Virus record (IMG/VR): IMGVR_UViG_3300044259_000028
Location: 1 to 18,282 of that record
Length of the DNA: 18,282 bases
Direction: 5' to 3' (one strand)
Source: a virus
Lineage: Duplodnaviria; Heunggongvirae; Uroviricota; Caudoviricetes
Below the pieces are notes generated by a model that saw nothing but the letters and a program-made list of their open reading frames with translations, did no database searches and was not told the DNA's origin. Positions 7,239-15,409 of the stretch are shown piece by piece. Numbering within the stretch: the first letter of the stretch is position 1; each line of letters begins with the position of its first letter. The translations under genes and the position numbers were made by a program.

Positions 7239-7267
7239 TTGACAAGGGTATATAAGAGGTGTATAAT
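7239..7267 (+). promoter_or_regulatory. Perfect sigma70 promoter pointing into the non-coding region
   Basis: TTGACA-17 nt-TATAAT; no ORF downstream. Confidence 0.75.
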
Positions 7268-8540
7268 CCGCACTAGGCCGCACCCCTCAGTGCATCATAA
7301 GTAATTATTAGGAGCTTGACAATGTTGTTAAAATTGTTAACAGCTAAGATTGTTTCAGTTAGAAAACAAAAGAAAAAGTTAAAAGAGTTGATAAAGTTAT
7401 TAGCTCCTAATAGTAACAAATTAGTAACAACCTCTTATGCTGTACGGAGTCGATTAACAACAGGTTAAATATGCCTAGCTATTCTTAATAGGATATGCTA
7501 GGCATTTTGCTATCTATTGGCATTATTAGCAGAGTCTATTATCCACTGTATCATTATACCTTGTCCGTTAGGCATTGGCTAGTTAGCCATACAAGAAAAG
7601 AAAACATTAACAACTATTAGTTCACTAATAAAGTATAAGCTATAAACAGGCAATCCTATTAGTAAGCTAATAATCAATTAATAAACTAAATTGTTACTCA
7701 GCAATAAATAATCACTAAATAAACAATTCATTACTAGACTACTATGAAAGTGCTGCTATCTACTGGCATCGACAACATAGCACCTAGTAATAACCTCTTC
7801 TACATCGCCTATACGGGAAGCTGTCAAGAGCCTTATAAGAGCTTTACTATGTGCGAGGAAGCTATCAGGAGGCTAGAAGGAAAGACAGACCCGAGCCATG
7901 CGAGGGGATGTTGTTAAGGGCAGATGTATGTGCTTAATAGCAACATGTTGTTAGTATGTTATGTGTGGTGTACAGGGTGTGGCAGGAGGGTAAAAGGAGT
8001 GGAGGTCTATTAAAAGAATAGAAATTGTGCTTAGGTGTTTAATTCTCAAGGCCACATTTCTTAGCGGAAAGTATTCACAAATCTTCACGCTAGCTAAACG
8101 AAAGTGTCGATTAGTGCAGATTGTTAACAGAATGTAACGTCTTAGCATTATAGGCCCTAGGAGCGCTGCAATAGCCTAGCAATACCTCCCTACAGGGTAT
8201 GTCAGTACAGCACCACAGAGGGCTTATACGGGCTTCCTAGAGCATATCAAGGGCTACAGGTAGGCTATCCTAATCCCCATTAATGCCCCTATATGGATGT
8301 GCACAAATCTTATGCTAAAGCAACATGCATTTAAACGCGTTTAGAGGGCCTTAGAGCGCCTTTAACCTATTAGGCTAGGCAACTACCAACCTTCTCAGAA
8401 ATCGCCTCCTAGATATTTTAAAAGCCCTAGGATAGCGATAAATCATGCCCCGGCTCGGGTTTAATCACAAATACACCCTCCCAGTACATTTACAACCACC
8501 TAATTCCTGACAGCAATACGTAAAATAACTCTAAAAGATA

Positions 8541-8569
8541 TTGCACTCAACATAAAAGTAAGATATTAT
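8541..8569 (+). promoter_or_regulatory. Possible sigma70 promoter, convergent with the recombinase operon
   Basis: TTGCAC-17 nt-TATTAT. Confidence 0.45.
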
Positions 8570-8610
8570 GTTATTGTGGGAGAGCTATTATTTTTTTTTT
8601 TAATTTTTTA

Positions 8611-8650
8611 GAAAAACAAAAGGCCCTGACAAATTAATGTCAAGGCCCTT
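8611..8650 (-). terminator. Leftward terminator after the recombinase operon
   Basis: Imperfect AAGGCCCTGAC/GTCAAGGCCCTT stem followed on the minus strand by TTTTGTTTTT. Confidence 0.6.
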
Positions 8651-8659
8651 AATGTAATA

Positions 8660-8758
8660 TTATTCATCTTCTAAGAAGAAGTCTAGCCAGCTATCAGCTA
8701 ATGCTCCAATTGTAAGAAACAAAATAGCTAACGCAATAGTGTTAATAAGTATTTCCAT
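8660..8758 (-). CDS. 32-aa single-TM peptide MEILINTIALAILFLTIGALADSWLDFFLEDE (not in ORF track)
   Basis: AAGGAG RBS immediately after the recombinase stop codon. Confidence 0.7.
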   Translation of the reverse strand: MEILINTIALAILFLTIGALADSWLDFFLEDE

Positions 8759-8767
8759 CTACTCTCC

Positions 8768-9409
8768 TTATTTATTTTTAGTGCTGGAATATTGTGCAGC
8801 ACGAGCGTTAAATTCTTTTTCATAGCCATCAAGGTTATCTTTCCATTTCTGGATATTACGAGTAACGGTATTAGGGTGCACACCAAATTTGTCAGAGATT
8901 TCTTTATAAGTGAAATTGGTTTTGTGCATGGCAACCATTATGCGCAAGTCAGAGGGGTTGATCTTTAGAGGTTGGCCGAGAAGGGTCCCTTCACTAGCTG
9001 TGCGCGCAATACCAGCTTTAGTACGTTCGATAAGAAGATTACGTTCAAGTTCTGCACAAGCTGCCATAACAGTGAGCAGCATTTTACCCATAGGGCTAGT
9101 AACATCAACACCATCGAATTGCAATACGCGAAGCTTGATGCTACGTGCTTTGAATTCCTCTACAGTGATTAGAATATCACTAGCAGAGCGACCAAGACGG
9201 TCAATCATGGTGACGATGACGGTGTCGTTCTCTTGTGCACGAGAAAGCATTTCCTTGAAAGCAGGGCGGTCAAAAGCTTTTACGGAGCCTGAAACACCTT
9301 CATCGTTAGCCCATACATCAATTTTGAAACCAGCATCCTCAATAACCTTTTTCTGGTTGTCTGTGGTCTGTTCCTCAGTCGATACACGGGTGTAAGCGAA
9401 TATAGTCAT
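8768..9409 (-). CDS. Small serine recombinase (resolvase/DNA invertase family) with a C-terminal HTH
   Basis: YTRVST catalytic Ser motif, DRLGRS, ELERNLLIERTKAGI, G-QP arm then HTH (TYKEISDKFGVHPNTVTR); AGGAG RBS. Confidence 0.95.
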   Translation of the reverse strand: MTIFAYTRVSTEEQTTDNQKKVIEDAGFKIDVWANDEGVSGSVKAFDRPAFKEMLSRAQENDTVIVTMIDRLGRSASDILITVEEFKARSIKLRVLQFDGVDVTSPMGKMLLTVMAACAELERNLLIERTKAGIARTASEGTLLGQPLKINPSDLRIMVAMHKTNFTYKEISDKFGVHPNTVTRNIQKWKDNLDGYEKEFNARAAQYSSTKNK

Positions 9410-9439
9410 TTCAAGCTCCTAAACGGTTAATGTGCAGCC

Positions 9440-9468
9440 ATCTTAACGGTTCCTGTACCGGTCGTCAA
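9440..9468 (-). promoter_or_regulatory. sigma70 promoter of the recombinase, overlapped by AACGGTT/ACCGGT repeats
   Basis: Minus strand TTGACG-17 nt-TAAGAT; AACGGTT at 9422-9428 and 9445-9451. Confidence 0.75.
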
Positions 9469-9513
9469 TAGCTCCTACCGCCAGTGCGAATGAGAAGAAG
9501 ATTTTAGGTGTTT

Positions 9514-9696
9514 TCATGAGTTCCTGTCCAGAATATTGAATACGACATACCATGCTAGTGCAAAAATCAGCATACCCAAAAGCGCCACTGCTCCGAATAC
9601 TTCAATGGCCTTGACACATATAGCACCTAGAATTCCTGTCACAAGTAGAATGGTTATAGTTGCTACAAATGAGACAATAATTTTAAAAATTAACAC
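9514..9696 (-). CDS. 60-aa 2-TM membrane protein
   Basis: GGAGG RBS, hydrophobic. Confidence 0.75.
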   Translation of the reverse strand: MLIFKIIVSFVATITILLVTGILGAICVKAIEVFGAVALLGMLIFALAWYVVFNILDRNS

Positions 9697-9705
9697 ACTT
9701 CCTCC

Positions 9706-9927
9706 TTATTCGAATACCATCAAGTATGCCAACAGCCACAAGAATCCGAAGAACATCAACGGAAGCACGATGTGAGGTACCAGTATCACTAGATTTACAA
9801 CTAATGTGCTGATTGACAATAAAACTACCAAAGAGAGCAACGTAAATACTAGCGATTGCACTGCACGGGATGACATTATCCTACCAAATTTAGTATTGTT
9901 GTCAAAAAGACTAGTCCACCAGTTCAT
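9706..9927 (-). CDS. 73-aa 2-TM membrane protein
   Basis: AGGA RBS, hydrophobic. Confidence 0.75.
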   Translation of the reverse strand: MNWWTSLFDNNTKFGRIMSSRAVQSLVFTLLSLVVLLSISTLVVNLVILVPHIVLPLMFFGFLWLLAYLMVFE

Positions 9928-9936
9928 AGGCTATCC

Positions 9937-10152
9937 TTAGACGCGGTGGAACGTGGCGACGTGCAGGTCTTTGTATTTCACGTCATTAGCTTGTGCAATA
10001 TCTTCCAGTAAGTCACGTAAGACGGTGATAGCGTCTGGTGCGAAGAAGGAAGTGTATGTGCGAGTTCGCCATGCGCGAAGGTAAGGCGCTTGTAGTGAGT
10101 CGCCATCAGTGTTATAAGCCTCTGCAACTACGTGATATGTGCGGTTGAACAT
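9937..10152 (-). CDS. Hypothetical protein, 71 aa
   Basis: AAGGAG RBS. Confidence 0.8.
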   Translation of the reverse strand: MFNRTYHVVAEAYNTDGDSLQAPYLRAWRTRTYTSFFAPDAITVLRDLLEDIAQANDVKYKDLHVATFHRV

Positions 10153-10183
10153 TTTTATTCTCCTTAAAGGTTAGTGAGGTTAT

Positions 10184-10250
10184 ATTCTGACGCAGCGGAG
10201 CGCACATGTCAAGCACTTTTATTGACAAAAATGTTTCTGTATGTTATCAT
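10184..10250. promoter_or_regulatory. Back-to-back divergent sigma70 promoters
   Basis: Minus: TTGACA (10207-10212)-17-CAGAAT (10184-10189). Plus: TTGACA (10222-10227)-17-TATCAT (10245-10250). Confidence 0.8.
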
Positions 10251-10283
10251 TATAACATTTAATAATATATCGAAGGATAAGAA

Positions 10284-11054
10284 ATGCCTTTAACAAAGAA
10301 TTTAACACCACCTTCAGTGGCCTCTGAATTTGGTATGGCAGTAGGTTGGGGATTGGCTAAAGGCTATACAAGGGTTGCAGCTTTCGGGTATAACCCTGAT
10401 GTTGATGGTGCTACACTTCCTGAAGATATTTGGGTAGGCGGAGGCTTATACCCTTGGATGACTGCTTCTACGGCACTTGAGATTATTTCTACTAGTGCAA
10501 ATGACGCTAGTGCTGGAACTGGTGCACGAACTGTATTGGTTTCAGGGCTAGATATTAATTATGTTGCTGTTACACAACTCGTGACGCTTAACGGTACAAC
10601 TCCTGTGGCATTAGCCACCCCACTATTCCGTGTGAATAGCTTGCTTATTATGAGTGCAGGTAGTGGTCAGGTCAACGCTGGTCAGATTAACGTCCGAGAC
10701 ATTTCTGGTGGAACGATTAGAAGTATCATTGCAGTTGGTGCAGGTATTTCGCAGCAATCGGCCTACACAGTTCCTGCTGGTTTTACTTTGCAAGTAATTA
10801 GTAATTACACAGCTATTACAGGTAATGGGTCAACACGTACAGCAGACGTCTCTACGATGTTCAGAAGCCCTCTAGGCTTTTATCGTTTACCATTAACACT
10901 CACCGCGTCGGATGGTCATCCCTACAGACATGATGCTTCTCCGGGTATTATTGTGGCAGAGAAGACAGATTTTAGTATGCGCTGTATCAATGTTAGTAAT
11001 GACAATAGCGCAATTGTAGCCGCTTGGCTAGGAATTTTAAGGGCAAACACATGA
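10284..11054 (+). CDS. Conserved-looking beta-rich phage protein, possibly virion-associated
   Basis: AAGGA RBS; G/T/S/A/V-rich composition with AFGYNPDV..EDIW, STSANDASAGTGARTV and VTLNGTT segments. Confidence 0.8.
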   Translation: MPLTKNLTPPSVASEFGMAVGWGLAKGYTRVAAFGYNPDVDGATLPEDIWVGGGLYPWMTASTALEIISTSANDASAGTGARTVLVSGLDINYVAVTQLVTLNGTTPVALATPLFRVNSLLIMSAGSGQVNAGQINVRDISGGTIRSIIAVGAGISQQSAYTVPAGFTLQVISNYTAITGNGSTRTADVSTMFRSPLGFYRLPLTLTASDGHPYRHDASPGIIVAEKTDFSMRCINVSNDNSAIVAAWLGILRANT

Positions 11055-11215
11055 AAATTTATGAACTCACTAAGACTGCTGAGGCTGAAGCCTACAAACC
11101 TCAACTTGAAAGATTCTTTTATGACAAGATTTACATTGTAGAGAATCTTTCTGATTACGATAACTTACCAATTGAAGTAAAGAATTGGAGAATTGCGGTG
11201 GCTGATTGTGGCTGA
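11051..11215 (+). CDS. 54-aa hypothetical protein MKIYELTKTAEAE...
   Basis: ATGA coupling to the upstream gene. Confidence 0.6.
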   Translation: MKIYELTKTAEAEAYKPQLERFFYDKIYIVENLSDYDNLPIEVKNWRIAVADCG

Positions 11216-11483
11216 TACACGTGCAGATGTAGTTATTCCTAAAACTGTATGGACAGACTTATATGCAGCTTCAGGTATTGTCGTAGGAACTGCTGTGACT
11301 ATTTGGAATAAAGGTAGTAACACCTGCAACCTAGCAGTCAAGGCAACAGCGCCTACTGACACGAGAGGCACACCTCTTTTCACTGACTCTGAAGGAAATA
11401 ACATCAGTTTAACTTCTGGAGAATCTGGCTTGTGGGCCTATAGTGATAGAGGCACGATTCTTATGATTCAAGAGTTCAATTAA
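11208..11483 (+). CDS. Small beta-rich protein (MADTRADVVIPKTVWTDLYAASGIVVGT), possibly a virion decoration protein
   Basis: Likely GTG start at 11208; followed by a terminator. Confidence 0.7.
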   Translation: MADTRADVVIPKTVWTDLYAASGIVVGTAVTIWNKGSNTCNLAVKATAPTDTRGTPLFTDSEGNNISLTSGESGLWAYSDRGTILMIQEFN

Positions 11484-11488
11484 TAATA

Positions 11489-11525
11489 GCCCTAACACCG
11501 TTAAAAGTGTTAGGGCTTTGTTTTT
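11489..11525 (+). terminator. Rho-independent terminator between convergent operons
   Basis: GCCCTAACAC/GTGTTAGGGC 10-bp stem followed by TTTGTTTTT. Confidence 0.85.
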
Positions 11526-11730
11526 AGTAATTGAGTTTAGTTAATTCATACCTTTTACTCTCATATTGAGGATGGTCCCGGTGATTACAACCCATCCGTA
11601 TGGACCATTCTGTAAATGGATTGTTCAGACTGAAGAGTCCACAATATGTACAGTATAACTTACCAGCGGCACGCCTCTTGAATTCATGTGCCTCGTACTT
11701 GTAAGCATCCCGTTGTGCCATATTAGCCAC
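11524..11730 (-). CDS. 68-aa Cys/His-containing protein, possible Zn-binding (H..YCTYCG..GC..HP)
   Basis: Coupled to the rtcB stop; CxxC motif. Confidence 0.75.
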   Translation of the reverse strand: MANMAQRDAYKYEAHEFKRRAAGKLYCTYCGLFSLNNPFTEWSIRMGCNHRDHPQYESKRYELTKLNY

Positions 11731-12943
11731 CTTTACAGCACAGTACAGCTTTCAGAGTGTGCACAACTTCTACTAGACTTTTCTGATTTTCCATAACTAC
11801 ATCGATATCTTTGTAGCTACTAGGAATCTCGTCAAGTACTGCGTTGTCTTTACGACATTCTACACCCTCAGTCTGTGCAACTAGGTCTGCTACGGTGAAC
11901 TTCTTCCGTGCAGCCATACGCGACATTACACGTCCAGCACCATGAGAGCAGGAACAGTACGATTCTTTATTCCCTTTTCCTCGTACAATATACGAACGCT
12001 GTCCCATTGAACCCGGAATAATTCCAAGATCACCTTCACGTGCACGAATAGCTCCTTTTCGGGTAACCCACAGGTTTTGACCAAAGTGATTCTCCTTTTC
12101 CACGTAGTTGTGGTGACAGTTGATAGCTTCCTCAGTGAGTGTGAACTCTACCGGGATTTCTTTCCGCAGCACATCGATCACTTGCAGAAGCATTTCCTTA
12201 CGATTTTCTTTTGCATAATCTTGCGCCCATTGTACACCCTCGACGTAATCTTCGAACAGGTCAGTATCTTCTGGAAGGTATGCCAAGTCACCATCTGGCA
12301 AGGTGATGTGGAATTTCTCCATCAGTTCCTTACCTTTCGTGATGTACTTGCTACCGATCATGTTGCCGATACCACGGCTACCAGAGTGTAGCATTACCCA
12401 TACATCTTGATTTTCGTCAATACAAATCTCAATAAAGTGATTACCACTACCCAGCGTACCTACTTGGCTTGCAGCCTTCTTAGCTGCCTTTGCACGATCA
12501 CCGCCAAATACATTGTTAACAACACTATTAGGAATCATACCACACTCAGGCGTCATATGTTTATATACGTGACCGTCTTTATGCTCGCCACCAGTACCCA
12601 TAGGAACCGCTGCTTCGATAGCAGAACGGATTTTAGAAAGACTGTCAGGAAGTTGTGAAGCTTTCAGGGACAGACGAATAGCACACATGCCACAGCCAAT
12701 ATCAACGCCAACAGCGGCTGGCAAGATAGCCTTGTCAGTTGCAATAACTGTACCTACAGTAGAGCCGATACCGGCGTGACAGTCCGCCATAGCTGCAACT
12801 CCTTGACGTGCTACAAATGGTAAACGTGCTAGGTTTTTAAGTTGTTGTAAAGCAGTATCCTCAACTTCATCTGTCCAAATCTTAATTGGAACACTTCCAT
12901 CTTCTTTAATTAATTGCTTGTAAGGTACTTGACGCTCTGACAT
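11723..12943 (-). CDS. rtcB: RtcB family RNA ligase (3'-phosphate/2',3'-cyclic phosphate to 5'-OH), about 406 aa
   Basis: DCHAG, GVDIGCGM, GTLGSGNHFIE, HSGSRG, HHNY, RKGA, IPGSMG and HGAGR motifs; ATG 12943 with AAGGAGA RBS. Confidence 0.97.
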   Translation of the reverse strand: MSERQVPYKQLIKEDGSVPIKIWTDEVEDTALQQLKNLARLPFVARQGVAAMADCHAGIGSTVGTVIATDKAILPAAVGVDIGCGMCAIRLSLKASQLPDSLSKIRSAIEAAVPMGTGGEHKDGHVYKHMTPECGMIPNSVVNNVFGGDRAKAAKKAASQVGTLGSGNHFIEICIDENQDVWVMLHSGSRGIGNMIGSKYITKGKELMEKFHITLPDGDLAYLPEDTDLFEDYVEGVQWAQDYAKENRKEMLLQVIDVLRKEIPVEFTLTEEAINCHHNYVEKENHFGQNLWVTRKGAIRAREGDLGIIPGSMGQRSYIVRGKGNKESYCSCSHGAGRVMSRMAARKKFTVADLVAQTEGVECRKDNAVLDEIPSSYKDIDVVMENQKSLVEVVHTLKAVLCCKGG

Positions 12944-13448
12944 TTTTATCTCCTTTATGCTGATTTGATCTTCGTTCACCAGAAATTATTCTAGAAACCT
13001 GTGATTGCGATATTCCGTATTTTGAACCTAAATAAGATTGTGACATACCTCCTTGTTTGTAGTCAAGGATTAGTTTTGTAGCTTGCTTATTACTAAGTTT
13101 AGCACAGCCGCAACTTTCACCATAATTGTTTACTAATCCTTCTTTCCAAGCATGGTCAATCTGTTCCTGATGTGTAGCCCACTCTAAGTTACTCACGTGG
13201 TTATTTTCAACATCACCATCTTTATGGTTTACGGTAAGCTTATTTTCAGGGTTAGGTATGAATGCTGTAGCAACTAGTTGATGCACATAAAATCGTTTTA
13301 AGGCATTGTTAGCTGATAGTGCCAAGGTCATGTAACCTTTTCCTCTAGTATTCTTTACTAGTGTTCTCCAACTCTTTGTAGTATGCGACCAAACTCTTCC
13401 GTCCTCTGTTACAGAGTACAATCCTTCGTACCCTTTTATACTCTTCAA
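12906..13448 (-). CDS. NUMOD4-HNH homing endonuclease with a C-terminal HTH, free-standing
   Basis: IKGYEGLYSVTEDGRVWS (NUMOD4); VHQLVATAFIPNPENKLTVNHKDGDVENNHVSNLEW (HNH); SQSYLGSKYGISQSQVSRII (HTH); TTG start with AGGAG. Confidence 0.93.
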   Translation of the reverse strand: MKSIKGYEGLYSVTEDGRVWSHTTKSWRTLVKNTRGKGYMTLALSANNALKRFYVHQLVATAFIPNPENKLTVNHKDGDVENNHVSNLEWATHQEQIDHAWKEGLVNNYGESCGCAKLSNKQATKLILDYKQGGMSQSYLGSKYGISQSQVSRIISGERRSNQHKGDKNVRASSTLQAIN

Positions 13449-13843
13449 CTATTTTCTCCTATTAGTTCGTTTATAACATCAGAAAGTGCTCTTGCTTGGT
13501 TTACATCACTTGTTGCAAACCTATCACTGAGCACATAACCATTCCTACTAGCAGCTTTGTAAAGCTCTCGCATAAGTGGAAGGTTGTAGCTCGCCCATTC
13601 CTTCCACAATTTAAGGTATTCTACATACAAATCCTTAGTTGTGTCAAGTGCTGGCTTACCTTTTCCTAGCTTCCAATTAGTTCCACCAACATCATAACCT
13701 TTTACGTCACACTGGTAATGTTGCTCAATGGTTCTACCGTCTAGAAGTTTGGCAGTGAATGCACTGAAACGCTTATCACCTTTACTTGAGCACTCATATC
13801 CGCCAAACCTAGACCATGTGAGAAGATTATAGACCTTTTTCAT
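13445..13843 (-). CDS. Conserved-looking phage protein (YECSSKGDKRFSAF..DGRTIEQHYQ), possibly NADAR-like
   Basis: Clean ORF coupled on both sides; the family call is an inference from motif resemblance. Confidence 0.8.
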   Translation of the reverse strand: MKKVYNLLTWSRFGGYECSSKGDKRFSAFTAKLLDGRTIEQHYQCDVKGYDVGGTNWKLGKGKPALDTTKDLYVEYLKLWKEWASYNLPLMRELYKAASRNGYVLSDRFATSDVNQARALSDVINELIGENS

Positions 13844-14360
13844 AGAAATCTTTGATAAGATTATCAGCCATGAGCCAAAGAGTAGTATCGCCCTCTTTCA
13901 AGGCTTTGTCAAGAAGAATCCGCTTTTCTGGCAAATAAATATTACGTGCGTAAGTAGGGTCTTGAGCGATGTAGTCACGCATGTTGTCAATGCTATCCGC
14001 AATTTTAATAGTTTTAACTTCAGGTGAGTAGCGTTTGATACGTTGCACCTCTGCTTTAAATTTCATTGAGCGTTTAGTGCCGGAAGGATAAACGTCTTTA
14101 GTCAGTCCTTCTACGAGATATGCAACCTTGTCACCAAAAAGTGATCGAATAGTGTGGATAGTTACTTCTGTGTCCTCCACAACGTCATGCAGATAGGCTG
14201 CTATGAACATCTCTTCAGTAGTATCTTTGGCAAGATACAAAAGATTAGCGACCTTCTCAGGATGGGTGTAGTAAGGCAGCAGGGAATGTTTCCTAAACTG
14301 CCCTACAGCACTATGCGCTGCAATGGAGAAAACCTGTGCGTCATGTTTAGTCATTTGCAT
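13827..14360 (-). CDS. HD-domain hydrolase of the Mesh1/SpoT small alarmone hydrolase type
   Basis: H..GQFRK...PYYTHPEKVA, AAYLHDVVEDT, VAYLVEGLTK and IKIADSIDNMRD motifs. Confidence 0.88.
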   Translation of the reverse strand: MQMTKHDAQVFSIAAHSAVGQFRKHSLLPYYTHPEKVANLLYLAKDTTEEMFIAAYLHDVVEDTEVTIHTIRSLFGDKVAYLVEGLTKDVYPSGTKRSMKFKAEVQRIKRYSPEVKTIKIADSIDNMRDYIAQDPTYARNIYLPEKRILLDKALKEGDTTLWLMADNLIKDFYEKGL

Positions 14361-14377
14361 AATTTCCTCCGAACTTA

Positions 14378-14866
14378 TTAGTTCATTTTTGCGTAGCGTT
14401 CACCTTCAGTGTTTCCGTTACCAAATGCCGTTTGTCTCACGCCATTGTTATGATACCAAACACCATCACGGAATTCGAAGTTGCGCGACGGCAGGATAGT
14501 CTTATCGCCATCGTACAGTACAAAATAACGACCGTTTTTCTTAGGCTGGCCATCTTTGTCAATACTGTAGATGCGCTTACCACCAATCTTTTCTACTTTA
14601 CCAGCAGCTTCCTTTTCAGCAGCACGTGCAAGCAGCAGTTCAGCTTTCAAAGCCTTCTGCAATTCTACTACACGTTTCATATCTTTACGAATACCGCTTT
14701 TCATACCCTCGCCTTGCTCGATTTCTTCTACGAAGATTGGAATAGACTTGTTCATGCTTTTCAGCAGTGGCAACACTTCATTCAGTGCTTCAATTGATTT
14801 GTGCATGTTGTTAATACGTGCACGAGTAGTAGCGATCAGGGATTGGATTTGGTTAGATTTCAGCAT
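14378..14866 (-). CDS. Hypothetical protein with an N-terminal coiled coil
   Basis: AAGGAG RBS; helical heptad pattern. Confidence 0.8.
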   Translation of the reverse strand: MLKSNQIQSLIATTRARINNMHKSIEALNEVLPLLKSMNKSIPIFVEEIEQGEGMKSGIRKDMKRVVELQKALKAELLLARAAEKEAAGKVEKIGGKRIYSIDKDGQPKKNGRYFVLYDGDKTILPSRNFEFRDGVWYHNNGVRQTAFGNGNTEGERYAKMN

Positions 14867-14879
14867 ATTTTATTTCTCC

Positions 14880-15218
14880 TTATTGGGTAATTTTAGATAC
14901 ATCAAGCGTTGCTTGTGCATCACTCTTTGCAGCTTTATCTGCCTTAGCTTCACGAGCCTTCTGCAAGATTTCTGCACGTGTCAGTTTAGGTGCTGCCGTA
15001 ATAGACTCTCCTAGAGCTTTCAAAGCAGCTACAGTGTCCTTGTCACGAATCATAGTCACTGTGTAGGTGTTCAGCATAGGAATGCAATCTCCACTACCTG
15101 CTACTGGCACCCAACCATCTTTAACTCGACTGACAACTTCTTCTACAAATACTTCAATCGAGTATTCAACAACATCGTAACGCATTTCAGTGTTTACGTC
15201 AACCACTTTTTCACTCAT
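14880..15218 (-). CDS. Hypothetical protein, 112 aa
   Basis: GGAGG RBS. Confidence 0.8.
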   Translation of the reverse strand: MSEKVVDVNTEMRYDVVEYSIEVFVEEVVSRVKDGWVPVAGSGDCIPMLNTYTVTMIRDKDTVAALKALGESITAAPKLTRAEILQKAREAKADKAAKSDAQATLDVSKITQ

Positions 15219-15379
15219 TTCTTTCCTCCGTTAATTACTGCAAGAATTGCACCTACCCAACCTCCGTCTTTAAGGAGGGCTTCTTGAACCTCTAAAATAG
15301 CATCTTTATGGTCTTCTACACCATCAACCTTGATGCAACCGAGTGTTTTGTCGTTGTTCCTAAAGTACACGTTAAACAT
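15215..15379 (-). CDS. 54-aa protein MFNVYFRNNDKTLGCIKVDG... (not in ORF track)
   Basis: AAGGAG RBS, ATGA coupling, first gene after the promoter. Confidence 0.75.
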   Translation of the reverse strand: MFNVYFRNNDKTLGCIKVDGVEDHKDAILEVQEALLKDGGWVGAILAVINGGKK

Positions 15380-15409
15380 CTTTAACTCCTTTCAAAAATT
15401 GATTCAACC

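Larger units (their letters stand above)
7162..8659. repeat. Long non-coding region rich in inverted repeats and short degenerate repeats
   Basis: Inverted repeats at 7192-7206/7249-7263, 7306-7316/7402-7412 and 7471-7479/7497-7505; AT-rich CTAA/AATAA repeats at 7600-7745; CCTAG/CTAGG/GGGCC/TAGAG repeats at 8150-8440; no credible ORF. Confidence 0.75.

Noticed and set aside
7951-8148. 65-aa minus-strand ORF in the non-coding region
   Set aside because: No RBS, low-complexity composition and no recognisable features
12944-12979. ORF-track N-terminal extension of RtcB (start 12979)
   Set aside because: The ATG at 12943 has an AAGGAGA RBS; the extension lies inside the HNH gene
11723-13448. 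HNH as an intron- or intein-encoded endonuclease within rtcB
   Set aside because: rtcB is uninterrupted with all motifs contiguous; the HNH is upstream and free-standing
8910-15014. Plus-strand ORFs 8910-9395, 8972-9172, 9536-9775, 12077-12391, 12407-12658, 14154-14381, 14432-14797 and 14571-15014
   Set aside because: They are shadow frames antisense to the recombinase, RtcB, HD and other well-supported genes
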